A stretch of DNA of 63,998 nucleotides, filler included, from Neolecta irregularis DAH-3 (GCA_001929475.1; 7 parts of 7 records of this genome joined end to end with filler, not necessarily neighbours in it), one strand, 5' to 3'; positions 23,232 to 37,933 are shown, numbered from the whole stretch's first letter. The notes: generated by a model from the sequence alone, not told the origin. A program made the numbers and translations.

Positions 23232-24990
23232 ATAGAATTCTTGGATTGAAGGGACCCTGGTGTCGTTGTGGAGTTTGAAATGAAACATAGGTCATTGATT
23301 TATGGGAATGCATCAATCGAGTCGAACATCTTGCAAGCGTTATAATCATCATTTTACCCCTACATTTATTTCTCCACGGCTGTTCAAAAGTCTTGCATTG
23401 ATAAAGTGACAAGAGCATTGAAGTCATAGGATCTACCATAACTAAAAACTAGGTTCCTTGAGTTCTTAATTCTTGAAAGCTCCTCTATTGTGTCTATACT
23501 TCCTTCACCCTGGATAATTTTGAGTTTAGATGAGCGCCATAAAAGGGATGTTGAATGATGGAACCAGTACTGCCTGGATTTCAAATGATCTAGAAGTTAT
23601 AGACGAATCCCGATTAACGGAATTGAAGTTTAACAAAAATTAGTAAAACAGATTGATCTACAGTCAAACCTGGATATAAAGAATGTGGCTTGGAAGCGTT
23701 TTCAGTTCGTTATAACGAGGATTCGTTGTATGGAGATAGCCAAATAGAAAATAAACAAGATCCAAGCAAATCCAAACCAAATGAATGGGAGAGAAATAAC
23801 TTGATTCTACCATCTATTCTTTGATGATGTATAGGATTTATGTAAGAGTCGCAGTTCTTTTGATAGGAATCATGAAGGCGTATCTCATGTGGAGATGTTA
23901 TCATTAGTATATAAACCTGTCACATTACGCATACCTAGGTTGGGTATGCTCTTATGTATATAGATGTCCACGGTTAGAATAACCCTTTTAGTCTTATTCG
24001 TACTTGGGTCCTCTCAAGGAAGAATCACAATTTCATACGAAAAAATTGTTTGTTTTTTAATCTGCACGAGTCAAGATAAAACAACAGGAAGACAATCAAA
24101 GCTTTACAGGAAACAAATCTCAACGCTCCTGCTTTTCACTATCCAATATCTTAGCGATCCCTATAGTATTGTTTAGCAGGGCGGATATAAAAGAGTGTCA
24201 TACGTGAGGGTGATCATTTATGACCCCCGCAGCATTCGCATGTGGTGGCGCAAACGTCTAAACCACAAGTACATCCAGTATCGCAAGTCAAACATGTTGA
24301 AGGACCTTGATTCGACATAGTCGATATTTTCTGCTGAAAGCTTTTGACAATTTCTTTTTGAAAATGGACTGATCGCGGGAGTTAAATACTTTTGGATCAT
24401 GTCTAGGTGTTAAACAGGTTCACAAAGATACTGGATACTTGTAATTCAATTGACTAAAGTAAACAGGAAGACAGCCATTTGAAAGAACAAAAATACGTCA
24501 TCATAAGAAAAAAAAGAGTTTTCTTGAATGACTGGGAGATGAGTCTTGAACCAATCAACTGGACCGGAACGTGGATGGCCGCGTTTCCAGGGAACAAAAG
24601 ACATGCCGTACACGCATTAAAGACCTGTTTACTAATCTGCCTCTTCCTGCCCACCCATATGAATGACAATCTCACTGACTCTAAGGTCGATCACCAGGGT
24701 TTAATAAGGATTCATGGCTAAATTTCTGGGCTCATATCTGTCCGCAAGCTACATCATCGACGCGTCTCCACTCAAGAGCAAAGAATACGGGACTGCTAAT
24801 CTGCCTCATTTGCCACGTAGAAAAAAAAACAGTTCTAAAATTGAGCATATTAACTTACTACCCATTCGTCCGGAGATTCTCAACAACTTGGGGGAGGATA
24901 GTCATATCAGAGTTTCACATGTATCATCTAGATATCCAACATGCACAGATATCACTGGAATGACAGAGTCTGTAACTTCTAAATTTTAAT

Positions 24991-26772
<1,782 letters not shown>

Positions 26773-27060
26773 GACTTGGGAATGGACAATTTGAAAATGT
26801 GGTAGTTAGGGAATAGGACTGCGAATTTTGCGGAGCGGACTATGATTATTTTTCAGACACGAATTTAGATGAATTGCCTTTCTTTTTAACAACCGGGCGG
26901 ATTATTTTAAAAACATTAACAAGATTATGACCCGTAGAAATGTAGATTGTGTATGTTGAAATAAGAAGATTGAGCACGTTGGATATAGTTTTGGTAAGGC
27001 TGGAAAAATGGGCTTCCGTCTCTGTTGCGATTTCAGTCAACGTTTTGTTCGTATTTCAAC

Positions 27061-27607
27061 ATGCCTCGATCTCTGCCGAATATTATAATCACTGGGACAC
27101 CTGGGACTGGAAAGACGAGTCACGCCGAGCTTTTAAAGAGCCATATTCCCGAGCTTGTGCATTACAATATCGGCAGTCTAGTAAAGTCTGAGAATCTGTA
27201 TGAAAAGTATGACGAAGAGTGGGATTCGTATATTGTGGATGAGGACAAGCTGATCGACTATCTGGAGCCGCTAGTGGAAAATGGCGGGTGTATACTGGAC
27301 TGGCACTCGTGCGAAGTGTTTCCCAAGCGATGGATCGACCTTGTTGCTGTCCTGCGCACAGACCATGCGATTCTCTGGGATAGACTGGAAGCGCGGTATA
27401 TATATGTTGCTATTTTATTCTGATGGTAGTGGATATAGTCTGCGCAAGATTGAGGAAAACAACGAGGCTGAAATCATGGAGGTAGTACTTGCAGAGGCAC
27501 GCGACAGTTATGATTCCGAGATTATTGTAGAGCTGCAAAGCGAAAATGATGCTGATTTTGCACTGAATGTCGATCGAATAGTGGAGTGGATACAAAATTG
27601 GAAATAA
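27061..27607 (+). CDS. FAP7: Adenylate kinase 6 / Fap7 (hCINAP)
   Basis: PNIIITGTPGTGKT, DEDKLID, ILDWH, FPKRWIDLV and KIEENNEAEIMEV. One intron. Confidence 0.93.
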
Positions 27608-27661
27608 TCACGTGACTATCCGGTATTATCACCTAATACTCCATATCCGCCTTATCCTCAA

Positions 27662-30193
27662 ATGCGCAGTGGATGCATTATTCCGCGCAGGCAAATACCA
27701 GCAGCACTTGCTTGGTCACCGGGCGGGTGTCTTGTATTTACGGATCCTGCGAACGGGTAGAATATCGTAGACAATGTATTTTGACGGTAGTTCGCTGTTA
27801 TGTGCTGCGGCACTTTCGACAGTTCAGAATTCAACACGAGTGCTGAGTATCACCGAGCATCACAGCCATCCAATCGCGCAAATTGCATGGGACCAGAGCG
27901 GGTTGCGCTGTGCGAGCATTGACATTTCGGGCAAGCTCGTTATATGGGACACGGGCAAACTAATCAACGAATGGTCGTATGCCTACTCCTCTGTCGATCC
28001 AGACCAGGACTATCCAGAAATTGTCGGGTTTCTATGGCTGCAGCTCGACCGCCAGTTGTTTTCCGCATCCGCATCTCTAAAAACATCAGATGGCGCTCCC
28101 CAATATGTTATCGACTTTAAGCACTACAAGGGAGACGGACCAATCAACACCACGCACAAAGGAGGTGTTGCCTGTGTCGGAATCACCCGGGCAGGTAGGG
28201 TACGCCTCTAATTGGCTTTATTTGACTCCAGATCAAAGTATGGTACACAATAGAGACCGGGTTCCGTGAAATCTCGAACGACCCAATTTCAAATCTTCCC
28301 ATCAGCAAAGCATCCTTTCTCTCGGATAAAAATGGTTCCTTGTATCTGGTGTGCTATTGTGAACCAATGCAATCCCCTCCATATATCCTCTTGTACAAAG
28401 TATCGCTAAATTTCGACCAAGGCGGTACGCGTCTTCCATCTCCAATCTCATTGCAAGTAAAAATAACATCAACCTGCATCGTAGCCCAGTCCTATATATC
28501 CGCTTCACCCACATCTCGACTCATCTCGCTACAGTTAATACACTCCGTCGACGAATCCAAAGTCTGTTTACTCGCTGTCTTCCAAAATGGCCTCTCATCA
28601 TCACTTGCGTCAAGATTCGAAATTATCAATGAACCAGTAGAAATTGCTCCTGTTTTCACAGATCTCGTCTGTCGGCAAACTGAGATACCATCTGTCTTGG
28701 AAACTAGCTGCGATATTGTTCTCAAAGAACAAATTACCTTTGATGACATTGTGGTTTCAGTAGACTTTATCGAACCCAACCTTTTATGCTTTGTCTTGAA
28801 AAATGGAGATATTCAGATTCGAAAAAGGTATATATATATTGATCATGGTTGACACCACAGCGAGAATTTAACCTCTGAAAATTTAACAGAGTCAAATTCA
28901 AATGACTCCTTCACTCCTCTGGAAAAAATGTATAGTATCTTTGACGGAGGATTCGCCTTTCATAGATCTTGTGACGGTTCCAGCGATACTCTGAGCAAGT
29001 CCCACAGTACCTCCCTCACAAACTAATTATAGTAATCAATTCATGTCTCTCGCCAAATAAACTCATAGTCACTACAATCGATTCAAACAATAAAATAACT
29101 CTTCACATTCCAAAAGCAACTCCCTCAATCGCAAGCGCATTCGCATTATGTCAACGGTACTGCATCGGCTGCTTAAATTCAGTAAATACAGACGATATAG
29201 TCCACACCGCAATTTCCAATCCAAAAGATCTACATCTCCCTTTCCTTCAAGATGTAATTCGTTCCCTAAGTCATCCCTATGATGCAATTCGAACGTGGAC
29301 AATAGACCGTCTTCTCGGTCCAGTTTTTGGCGTCCGGATTTTAGGATTACATTATTTATTATTCAAAGGCCAGGAAATTTCAAAGAGGGTGTTTGTTAGT
29401 ATGCATATTCGAATGGTACTCATCGCATTCGTCGCGAGTTCCAAGAACCCCAGTCTAGCTCAAAAAGCCATGTTGACTAAAAATGCAACGGTTGAATTTC
29501 GTGATGGTACGTATATACACGTATTATTACTAAATGAAGTTCCCTTGGTTACACTTATTGGACCCGTTCGTTGGGCCGTGGATTTACTAATTCAAGTTAT
29601 CCAGTCGTTGATTCCAGAATGCAAGAACGATTCACTTGCTCTTCTTTTTCAGCCTCTTTCAAGAATTTATTTACAAGCATTAACGAGATGTCTTTGTTCA
29701 ATTCAAAGACATATAGATAAACCGATGATACTAGGAACTGATCCCGATGGTGCGATTATGGCCGTTAATAATCATTTGCGTGCAAGTTTAAATTCAATCG
29801 ATCTTGAAATGACTACTTGTAAACTCGAAGAAGCAGATCAAATCAGTACAAGTATCTTCCTTTTATAATACCATGCTGACTTGTACAGAATATCAATATC
29901 TTGACCGCGAGCTGTATTTTTCAAATACACTGCCCTCTGAATTTACAAATGCACTCTCATCACCGATTCCTACACCCGAACTATTCTTTCGCTCTAAAAC
30001 AGGTTGGAAACTAGATATTGTTAGGAAGACACGATTACTTGCAAATAAAGGTCTTCGTAAATGTTCGCGATGTGAGGGAACCAGTATGATCGATGAGCCT
30101 TTTCCAATCACCTCAAATACAAAACAGTCTACCGCTTGGATCGGGATGTTTAAGAGGATGTGTCCTTGTAGTGGTGTTTGGATTAAAATATAG
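27662..30193 (+). CDS. MED16: Mediator tail subunit Med16 (Sin4)
   Basis: N-terminal LAWSPGG and WD-like IAQIAWDQSGLRCASIDISGKLVIW..NEW. C-terminal LDIVRK..LRKCSRC..WIGMFKRMCPCSGVW signature. Confidence 0.8.
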
Positions 30194-30299
30194 TATTGTA
30201 TAATCAAGTTTGTGGTAAGTTAACAATGAACTTTGAACGGTTTGGGAGTGATCTCAGCTTCATCCATTGAGCGCGATAGGAAAAAAACCCTTGGAGTCA

Positions 30300-30563
30300 G
30301 GGTGCGTTTGGCAGTCACTTTTTTAGGCCGATTTAGTCAGAATTTCATGAAATTCGGATTTGACATGCACGTCTTGCAACCACAAAATAACCTCTTTTTT
30401 TTTATGATGTAAAGAGATCAGTGATAAGGAATTTCGATTTTGTAAAATTTGGCGAAGACCTGCAAACAGGGTTTTTTTGGAATTATCCGAAAAAGATTTC
30501 AAATTTCACGTTTTCGTTCTCGGATTTCATGAACTTAACTTGATGGTACTGCCAAACCCACTC
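30300..30563. mobile_element. Tourist/PIF-Harbinger-like MITE (264 bp)
   Basis: TIRs GGGTGCGTTTGGCAGT and ACTGCCAAACCCACTC (14/16 match), TCA on both flanks (3-bp TSD), subterminal inverted TTCATGAAAT, AT-rich non-coding interior. Confidence 0.75.
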
Positions 30564-30626
30564 TCATTTTCCGGTCATCAATTTATCAAACATTAACAAT
30601 ATTTACAGACGCCGTGAATACAAAAG

Positions 30627-32654
30627 TTATAATTTCCTTCGACTCTCAGTAAACGTTTTCCATACATCCGGATACTTCTCTTCTGCGAGTTGCACGATTT
30701 GAGCCTTTTCGTCAGGATAACTTTTTGTCCAAACTAAATACAGCAGCTTCAGATCAATTTTTTCTAGCTGACATAACACCTTGAATAAAATAGGCCAATG
30801 TCTAAGTTCTAGAAGGGTGTCAAAGTACTGATACAAGACATCGAAATCAGTCCGATGTCTTTTTTGCAAACTCTCGTAAATTCCAATTGCTCGATCGACT
30901 CCATGATCCAGAAATCGACACGTACGCAAGATAATCGCAAGAGATTGAACATTATATGTATTCGAAACACTCAATTGATCCCAAATTTCCAAAGCAGTTG
31001 TAAAATCACTCGTTTCTGAAAACGCCTCCATTTGCGCGTTTAATAGCCATGTGTTCGGGGATATATTCAAATCCATTCTCATCACTTCTGCAATTTTCTT
31101 TATATACCTGAAATGTCGGATTTTACTGTACAACAGATGATATATTTCCAATGTTGTCGGTATCGTTGAGTTCCTCATTCGGATAAAAGTTCGAAGTGCT
31201 CGTTCCGATTGGCCCAAATCTGTCAATTTTCGTAATTGTTCGTACCAGTGCCGATATTCCATTCCTTCGATATACTGTAATTGTAAGGCAAAACATTTCC
31301 AGCTAGTTTGGAAAGAAGCTTGTTCTCGGGTTCCGTATTTACTGAGGTAATCGACGATATATATAGACTGTTTCAAAGTGAGGGGTTCTAGAGTTAATTG
31401 ATCTAAACGATCCCACGATTCCCAATGGAGAAAGCATTTCATCAGTCTAACGCCAAGTGCAAAGTTGATAGGTCCTTGATAATCTTCAAGAACAAGCGAT
31501 AAATCGTCCAGTGAAGGTGGAGTAGGATTTTCAACCAGACCAAAGAGTAGAGATAGAATTGCGTTGTCATCCAGTTCTTCCATTCCTTCTGCTTTCCATG
31601 CTCTATATTGTTCCATTGCAGCCTCCACATTGCCTAAATTAACTCGTGCTTCAAAAAATCTGCATCTGAGAGAATGGTTGATTACGACTTGTAAATGTTG
31701 TACTAATTCTTCGAGCTGGGCTATATCTGAATATCGCTTTGTCAAAGCCATTCCGTTCACTATACTTTGAAAGGTTTCGGCGTCAGAAAGTAGTTTTGGA
31801 CAAACAACATCAACCAGCGTAATCCATTCTTCAATTTCGATGTGTGTATCTCTTGCCCCGAGTAATTTTAATACTCGAATCCAGGTATCCTTGTCCCATT
31901 CGATATATTGGGGTTTGATTGTTTCAAAGATTCTTGACGCGACTTGCATCTGATTAGAGTCGACCATTTCACAAAAGATGAGTGCGCGTTCAGGGACGGA
32001 TAATGGAGGATTCGATATAGCAATTAACTTTTCGACGAGGTTGAGATTCTTTGCAAATAAATCAGAGAGGATCTGAAGCGTTTTGAACGACGGCCGATAC
32101 TCTTCCAAGCAGGCTATTAATCCTTGAATATCCTGCTTCGCTTTATACTGACAAATGACTCGAATCCATAATTCTTCAAAAACGCTTTTGTTCACTGTCC
32201 CCTTTGTTTTGATAAAATATCTCAGATCGTCTTTTATTTTACTCACATGAATGTTTTCCCCAAGTCTCTCCAAATGCTCCACCAGTGACAAAAGATCTTG
32301 TTCATTGACATCTGAACCAATCAAGCGAAATAATTGGCGATGTAATTCTGCATAAAGAGTGCCATTGCTTTTGACAAGTTGTTCAATTGCATCGCGAAGT
32401 TCCTTTGAAGAGGCAGATCGTTCAGCTACGATGTCAGAAATTTGTTTTTCAAATCTTTTTCGATTAAGAATTGGAAACTCGCATCGCTTTATTAATTCTT
32501 TGGAGAGCGAATTCGAGGGGAGAAGGAGCCGCCAGGAGGACAATCGGCTTTTGCTTGGTAGATACGAAGACTGGAGGAAGAAATGCGATGAAAGCGGGGT
32601 GACAATATTCGAATTTAGATTGCAAAATTGTTTCAATCGCCCGGGTGGCCGCAT
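30627..32654 (-). CDS. CIA84: PPR-like mitochondrial protein, complex I intermediate-associated protein 84
   Basis: Single long ORF with helical repeats. The C-terminal EVMRMDLNISPNTWLLNAQMEAF..ALEIWDQL..SLAIILRTC resembles CIA84. Confidence 0.7.
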   Translation of the reverse strand: MRPPGRLKQFCNLNSNIVTPLSSHFFLQSSYLPSKSRLSSWRLLLPSNSLSKELIKRCEFPILNRKRFEKQISDIVAERSASSKELRDAIEQLVKSNGTLYAELHRQLFRLIGSDVNEQDLLSLVEHLERLGENIHVSKIKDDLRYFIKTKGTVNKSVFEELWIRVICQYKAKQDIQGLIACLEEYRPSFKTLQILSDLFAKNLNLVEKLIAISNPPLSVPERALIFCEMVDSNQMQVASRIFETIKPQYIEWDKDTWIRVLKLLGARDTHIEIEEWITLVDVVCPKLLSDAETFQSIVNGMALTKRYSDIAQLEELVQHLQVVINHSLRCRFFEARVNLGNVEAAMEQYRAWKAEGMEELDDNAILSLLFGLVENPTPPSLDDLSLVLEDYQGPINFALGVRLMKCFLHWESWDRLDQLTLEPLTLKQSIYIVDYLSKYGTREQASFQTSWKCFALQLQYIEGMEYRHWYEQLRKLTDLGQSERALRTFIRMRNSTIPTTLEIYHLLYSKIRHFRYIKKIAEVMRMDLNISPNTWLLNAQMEAFSETSDFTTALEIWDQLSVSNTYNVQSLAIILRTCRFLDHGVDRAIGIYESLQKRHRTDFDVLYQYFDTLLELRHWPILFKVLCQLEKIDLKLLYLVWTKSYPDEKAQIVQLAEEKYPDVWKTFTESRRKL

Positions 32655-33002
32655 CTTTTCCTCAAGGTTAGAAAAAGACAAGTATCTTTGATACTTTTTG
32701 TTTTACCGGGAAAATATTAATAGTAGGATGTCATGGTGGTTAACAGGAAATTGGGTGTGAGACTGACGCTCACGGATCCAAAATTCACTCGCTCAAGGTG
32801 TTATCATTGAAAGAAATATTTATTTCGCCTTTGAGCAACCTTCATTTTCAACCCAATGTGACATCTCCATGTAGTTCACTGTGCATCATGTCGGAATAAA
32901 CCTGACGACTCTATGCCTTAATGCTTGGATAATTTTGAGGAATCCCAAATAAATCCAAACAGATATTCTGTAAATATTGCATTCCACCTTATATTTCGCA
33001 AA

Positions 33003-34094
33003 TCAAACGCCGATATCCTCTCTTCGAACTTTTGCTTTCCTGCGTAGTCCAATAAGGTAGCAGTCTTGATTTTTGTTTGATAGCGATGTTTGGTCTTTTT
33101 TAACAGTTTGGAACAGTCTCGTCAGTCTTGATTCAAGGGCACCGTCTTCTTCCCCTGAATAAAATTTGCAGACAAATGAGCCTCCGGTTTTTAATGTATC
33201 CACACAAAAGAGCAGTGCTGCATCACACAGATCCTAAAGTAAGGTCAGCAGGTATTTGAAATCGTGTATTACGATTGATTGCTCATGAGTTTTAACTTGG
33301 AGTTCGGGGGAGGCTTTTACGTTGTAGTACGGACGATTTATACTACGTCTGTAAAGTCCGTCGACTTGAGGGAATGGTTCCAGCATATCAGAAAGGACAA
33401 CATCAACCATCCTACTCCGCCCACTTGCATCTAGAATTTCTTGAGATTTCTCATCTTCAGCTGCGTGTCGTTCCATATCCATATAACTTGCCTGCTCGAT
33501 TTGTGGTTCTAGGCTCTCCTGTCGTCCGCGACCTGGGTCCGACATGAATTTGATGATTCGCTGTTGAGTCTGTTTATCGTAAAAGTTTCCTTGAATACTG
33601 CTTATGCCTGAAATTGCAGTTGCAGGAATCATATCGACACCAAGTACGCGACCTGATTTACCAACGATCCGCGCTGTGACTGTACTCCAGGCGCCAGGCG
33701 CAAAGCCCTATCTTCAGCATATGAACATTCTGCATGGCGTACGAGATCAACCACAGACATACCAGGCTGGAGAAATTTATGAAAGAAATTTAACTTGGAA
33801 TGTGAGATGACCCCACTGAGAACGTACCTCGAGAAGTTTCCATGCCGATTTTGAGTATAGATATCGCAGCTGCGCTTGCTGAGACCTCAGATATCTGTCT
33901 GATGGATCTATCCATCTTGTCCGGTAGTCCCAATATGGTTTCTGTTTAATACGTTTCGGAGGTGGGTCTGGAAAGAGTGCGTGAACGCCCAGTGGACTCA
34001 AAGGGCGTGCATTACCATGCGGAGCAAAGGACGAAAAGGTTCGACCGTTCCGGTAGAATGTCGATAAAAATCGATGCACCGGCAAAAGTGCCAT
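33003..34094 (-). CDS. MRM2: Mitochondrial rRNA 2'-O-methyltransferase (FtsJ/RrmJ family)
   Basis: SKSAWKLLE, VVDL|GFAPGAWS, GRVLGVD, DVVLSDM and GGSFVCKFYSG. Confidence 0.87.
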
Positions 34095-35233
34095 AGTGTC
34101 GAGTTGTACCGATAGAAAGCACGAACGAGGTTATCCGAGTCAGGTGTGGCCGCCGTGGATAACAGATAAGCGAACGAAAACTAAAACTGGCAGATAACTA
34201 TATGATTCAGATACGCTTATATCTATCGAGTCTTCTCCGTAGACGGGTTAAATAATATAATATTACCAGGAATATTGAGCTTGGTGAGGAATTAGAATGT
34301 TTTACAAAACATTCCACCACTCCAACCCATACCAAAGCCAGGAATAGCTAGTATATCGACATGGGCCAGACAAGAACGCCCATCCATGGTCACTCGACCA
34401 AAAAAGCGGCGACACTTGTGGGCTATTAAGAACAGGCAAGGCTTACTACAAGCAGACTGCCATCAAGTCAAAGTACTGACTTTTCTTGCTTTCTTGACTA
34501 ATTTTGGCATGAAGAGTTGCTTGCTTGCATTTACTTGATAAATTACTTGTTTTTGATAGTAAGTGTACAGCAGCGTTCCAGCTAAATATAGAACAAAAGA
34601 TGTTGAACCATTTGACCCCATCTTCGCTGGCACTGGGCTGCAGCAATAATACATAGTTGGAGTCTTGATTTACGAGGCTCCAGCATATCGCCAGCTTCAC
34701 TAGATGACAATCTACACTTTTGCAGATGAAAAATTAGTTTACTAGGTTTGTACGTGGTTCCGTCAGTAGATAATTGGATCCTCTGTGGCTCGAGGCTTGG
34801 AACCTGATGGAAGAGTTTCAAGTGCATGTTTGCATAATGTTCCAAGACCACTAAAATTGAACCAGCCTCAAGGTCTTACCAAGACTTGAAGGATCCACCT
34901 TGTAATAAGCAGCACAGAGAATGGCTTACGTTGTAACGCGTTTTAGATATATTTTCGGAAAAGGGGATTCCATTAACGGTCTCGAAATACAGGAAGAGAC
35001 AGCTTTCAATCCTATTTCGTTTCAACCGCCTGTCAGCCGAAGAATCTGAACCGTCCGGCGGCGGATCATCTAATTGCTTCACCTATCAATCATGTATCCC
35101 TATTTAATCGCACACGTCATTGGCTAAAAATGCGTTATTTGTTTCGTCACATCTATTCTAATACATATTTTCTCCTTTTTCAAAATTCTTCAAAATTTAT
35201 TTATTTTAGTTTGTTGGGGTCACCTTGGTCAGA

Positions 35234-36855
35234 CTATCGCTGTCTCAACCACGTCTCCAAAGATGCAGGATTTCTCGGAACCAGTACAACTTTAAAATCT
35301 TTAGCTTGAGCAGTGAAGGCTTTGGGGCATGTATTGCAACTGGCAAAATCCAGAATACGCGGATCGAAATTTTTCTCGGGAAGGATTTTAAAAGCGCTGA
35401 TGAGGTGTGTGAATAAGATAAACATTTCACGATTGGCGATATGAAGGCCTATACACATTCGAGATCCAGCACCATAAGTGTAGTGTGGAAGCGCCGTTAT
35501 CCGTCCTTGTTTTTCAAAGTACCGACTTGGATTAAATTTCTTTGGATCCGGAAATTGTTCTGGGTCTACAAGTCAATTAATCTCTAGGACAAAATACCCA
35601 AATTTGCGGCTTGAGCATCCATGAAAAAAGTCGATCCGGCTGGAATGGTGGCGTTTTGGAAAGTTGTTTCCTCGCCGCTTTCTCTCGGGCTAGACATTGG
35701 AACAACGGGATAAAGTCGTAGCAACTCTTGAACAAAAGCTGCCATATATGGAATATTTTCTTCAAGACCTTTATCCATGGCATCTCCGTCAGGATATGCT
35801 TCCATTATTGCTCGATACGCTTGTTCCTGGATGTCTTGTCCTTGAGGCGACGATAGATATCCAATTCCAAAATATAAGCATGCAGAGATGTTGGCTCCGC
35901 CCGCTGATATCATTGTCTGAGAAATACTTTTCACCGCTGCGAAATCGAGTTTTCGTTTCAATATATTGGTTGCGACGCAAGGTTTCTCGGTCCCGTTTGC
36001 AATGTCCGCTAGAATTCTGTTGAGAAAATAATTCAAGTATTTATCTTGCCGCTTTCGGTAATATAATATACGCCAAGCCTTTGCAGGCCAAAGACGGCAT
36101 AGGGGGATGTAGTCTTGCCAATTGCTGCTCGTGCCCCGAAGTTGAGAAATTTCACTTTCAACTTTAACGATTTCAGGATACAATGGGTCGTCAATAGAAG
36201 AAAGCCCAGTCCCATAGTTTATTTTGAGGATCGCATTAAGTGTGTATAGCTGGATATATGGTCGAACATTTATTTCATTCTGGCCATAGTTTGAATTTTC
36301 AAAGAGTTGCTTGATTACCAGAAAAGATTCAAACGCGAGCATTGGGTTCAAACTTTGTGTTAGATGTGTACGAATAGCCAGATACCTTTGAATTGCATTT
36401 CGATTGAGTGCCGTTGCCATCGTTTTCCTGCGGTACTTGCATTCTTCGCTCCATGGAGTAGTGCCGACAGTGAAGTCTGTTTGTCAATGTTGAGGCAGGA
36501 AATGTTGACCTTTATCTTTGGAATAGACACCATGAACAGAGTAAAGTCTAGGTCTAGAGATCAAAACTCGCGGATTATCCATCCATAATTGCTTGATGGC
36601 TCTGTAGCTGGTAGCAACAACTATTGTTCTTTGGCCTAGTTGGATTTGAAACACAGGACCTAGACCTTTGTTACTGGCCCAGTCTGCAAAGGCCGAAGCA
36701 TGGTCAGCTCCTAGTTGGATCATATTTCCAAAGATTGGCCACCCATGTTTCCAGGGCAGACCTTGGATCCTTGGACTTTGGCTGAAAACTCTGGCAAGGA
36801 AATATAATATCGAGGCTGCAATAAATATTGTAGAGATTGATGCTGTGTAGGACAT
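35234..36855 (-). CDS. Cytochrome P450, CYP504 (phenylacetate hydroxylase)-like
   Basis: GPVFQIQLGQR, FTVGTTPW, NWQDYIPL, ELLR (ExxR) and heme motif HYTYGAGSRMCIG..ANRE. Confidence 0.85.
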
Positions 36856-37019
36856 ATTTTGAATGATACGGAATACACAAGTTTCTTATCTACTTTGAGC
36901 CGTCGAGATGTTAGCATGATAAGCTCTGACAATGATCTCACTGGATTAGTGATATGGCATGGATATGGCCTAGACTTGACCGAGCCAACGGCTGTAGGTG
37001 CGGGGTAATCAAATCTGAT

Positions 37020-37157
37020 TCTAAGTGTTGAAGCTCGAGTTCGAATAAGACCAGTTTATACTAGCCCAAGTGGCTGTATGAACGCCTATCTACTTTATAT
37101 ATTAAATCGCCGCAATATTGTTCTTCCATGGTATCTACCCGAGGGTATATGCTTACA
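37020..37157 (+). mobile_element. Degenerate solo LTR (short TGTAAG...TTACA family)
   Basis: Aligns with 43686-43867 and 62725-62788 at AAGTRTTGAAGC, CGAATAAGAC, CCGCAATATT and TACCCGAGGGTATATGCTTACA. Confidence 0.6.
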
Positions 37158-37271
37158 CCAGACGTTGGTATTTCAAATTGTAATTGGTTGACATGGTATA
37201 CACCCTGGTAAATACCGGGATTGTTAGTCAGATATTGGGAGACTTGATGTGAGAATGATCATGCATGAGGG

Positions 37272-37388
37272 TGTAAGTATTAGCCATGAAAGACTAGGTT
37301 GTATTGCTTCTAACCAGAGTTGAGTATTGGCGACATCCGTAAGTATTGGCGACATCCAGACTAGTATTGGCGACTGCAGGTATGAACG
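37272..37388 (+). mobile_element. LTR 5' part with triplicated AGTATTGGCGAC, running into a gap
   Basis: Starts TGTAAGTATT and shares AAGACTAGGTTGTATTG with the 43686 copy. Confidence 0.6.
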
Positions 37389-37564
37389 NNNNNNNNNNTG
37401 TGGGGACTTCGAACGTCCCCATACGATCGCGAATCCCCGGGTCGCCACAGTCACCACCAACCCGNNNNNNNNNNNNNNNNNNNNNNNNNNNNNNNNNNNN
37501 NNNNNNNNTTAATTAATTAANNNNNNNNNNNNNNNNNNNNNNNNNNNNNNNNNNNNNNNNNNNN

Positions 37565-37933
37565 AGCCATTTAATACCCGGAATTCCAACCCCAGTAGTG
37601 ATCACAATCCGCCCAGACAGGTCCGTGAAACTCTATATTTACTAATACATGCTAGAACATTCAAGTTTGAAATTAAAAGTCCCACGACGAGTTGGCTTTT
37701 ACGTAATACTTTGGGAATAAAAAAGGGTGCTGCACTTCCAGGGACAGAAAAAGTGGGAAAAGTCAGTTTAAAACATATCTATGAAATCGCGAAAATTAAA
37801 CAAAAAGTAAATATAAAACGAAAGAGGAGTACTTATGGTTTAGGATTCACAATTGGAAAAGTTACCTCTGGAATCGATTGCCAGGTCGATAGCAGGGGCA
37901 GCGAAATCAATGGGCGTAGAAATTATTCCATGA
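37565..37933 (+). CDS. MRPL19: Mitochondrial ribosomal protein uL11m, 3' part (5' end in the gap)
   Basis: [57 protein letters not shown]. Confidence 0.9.
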
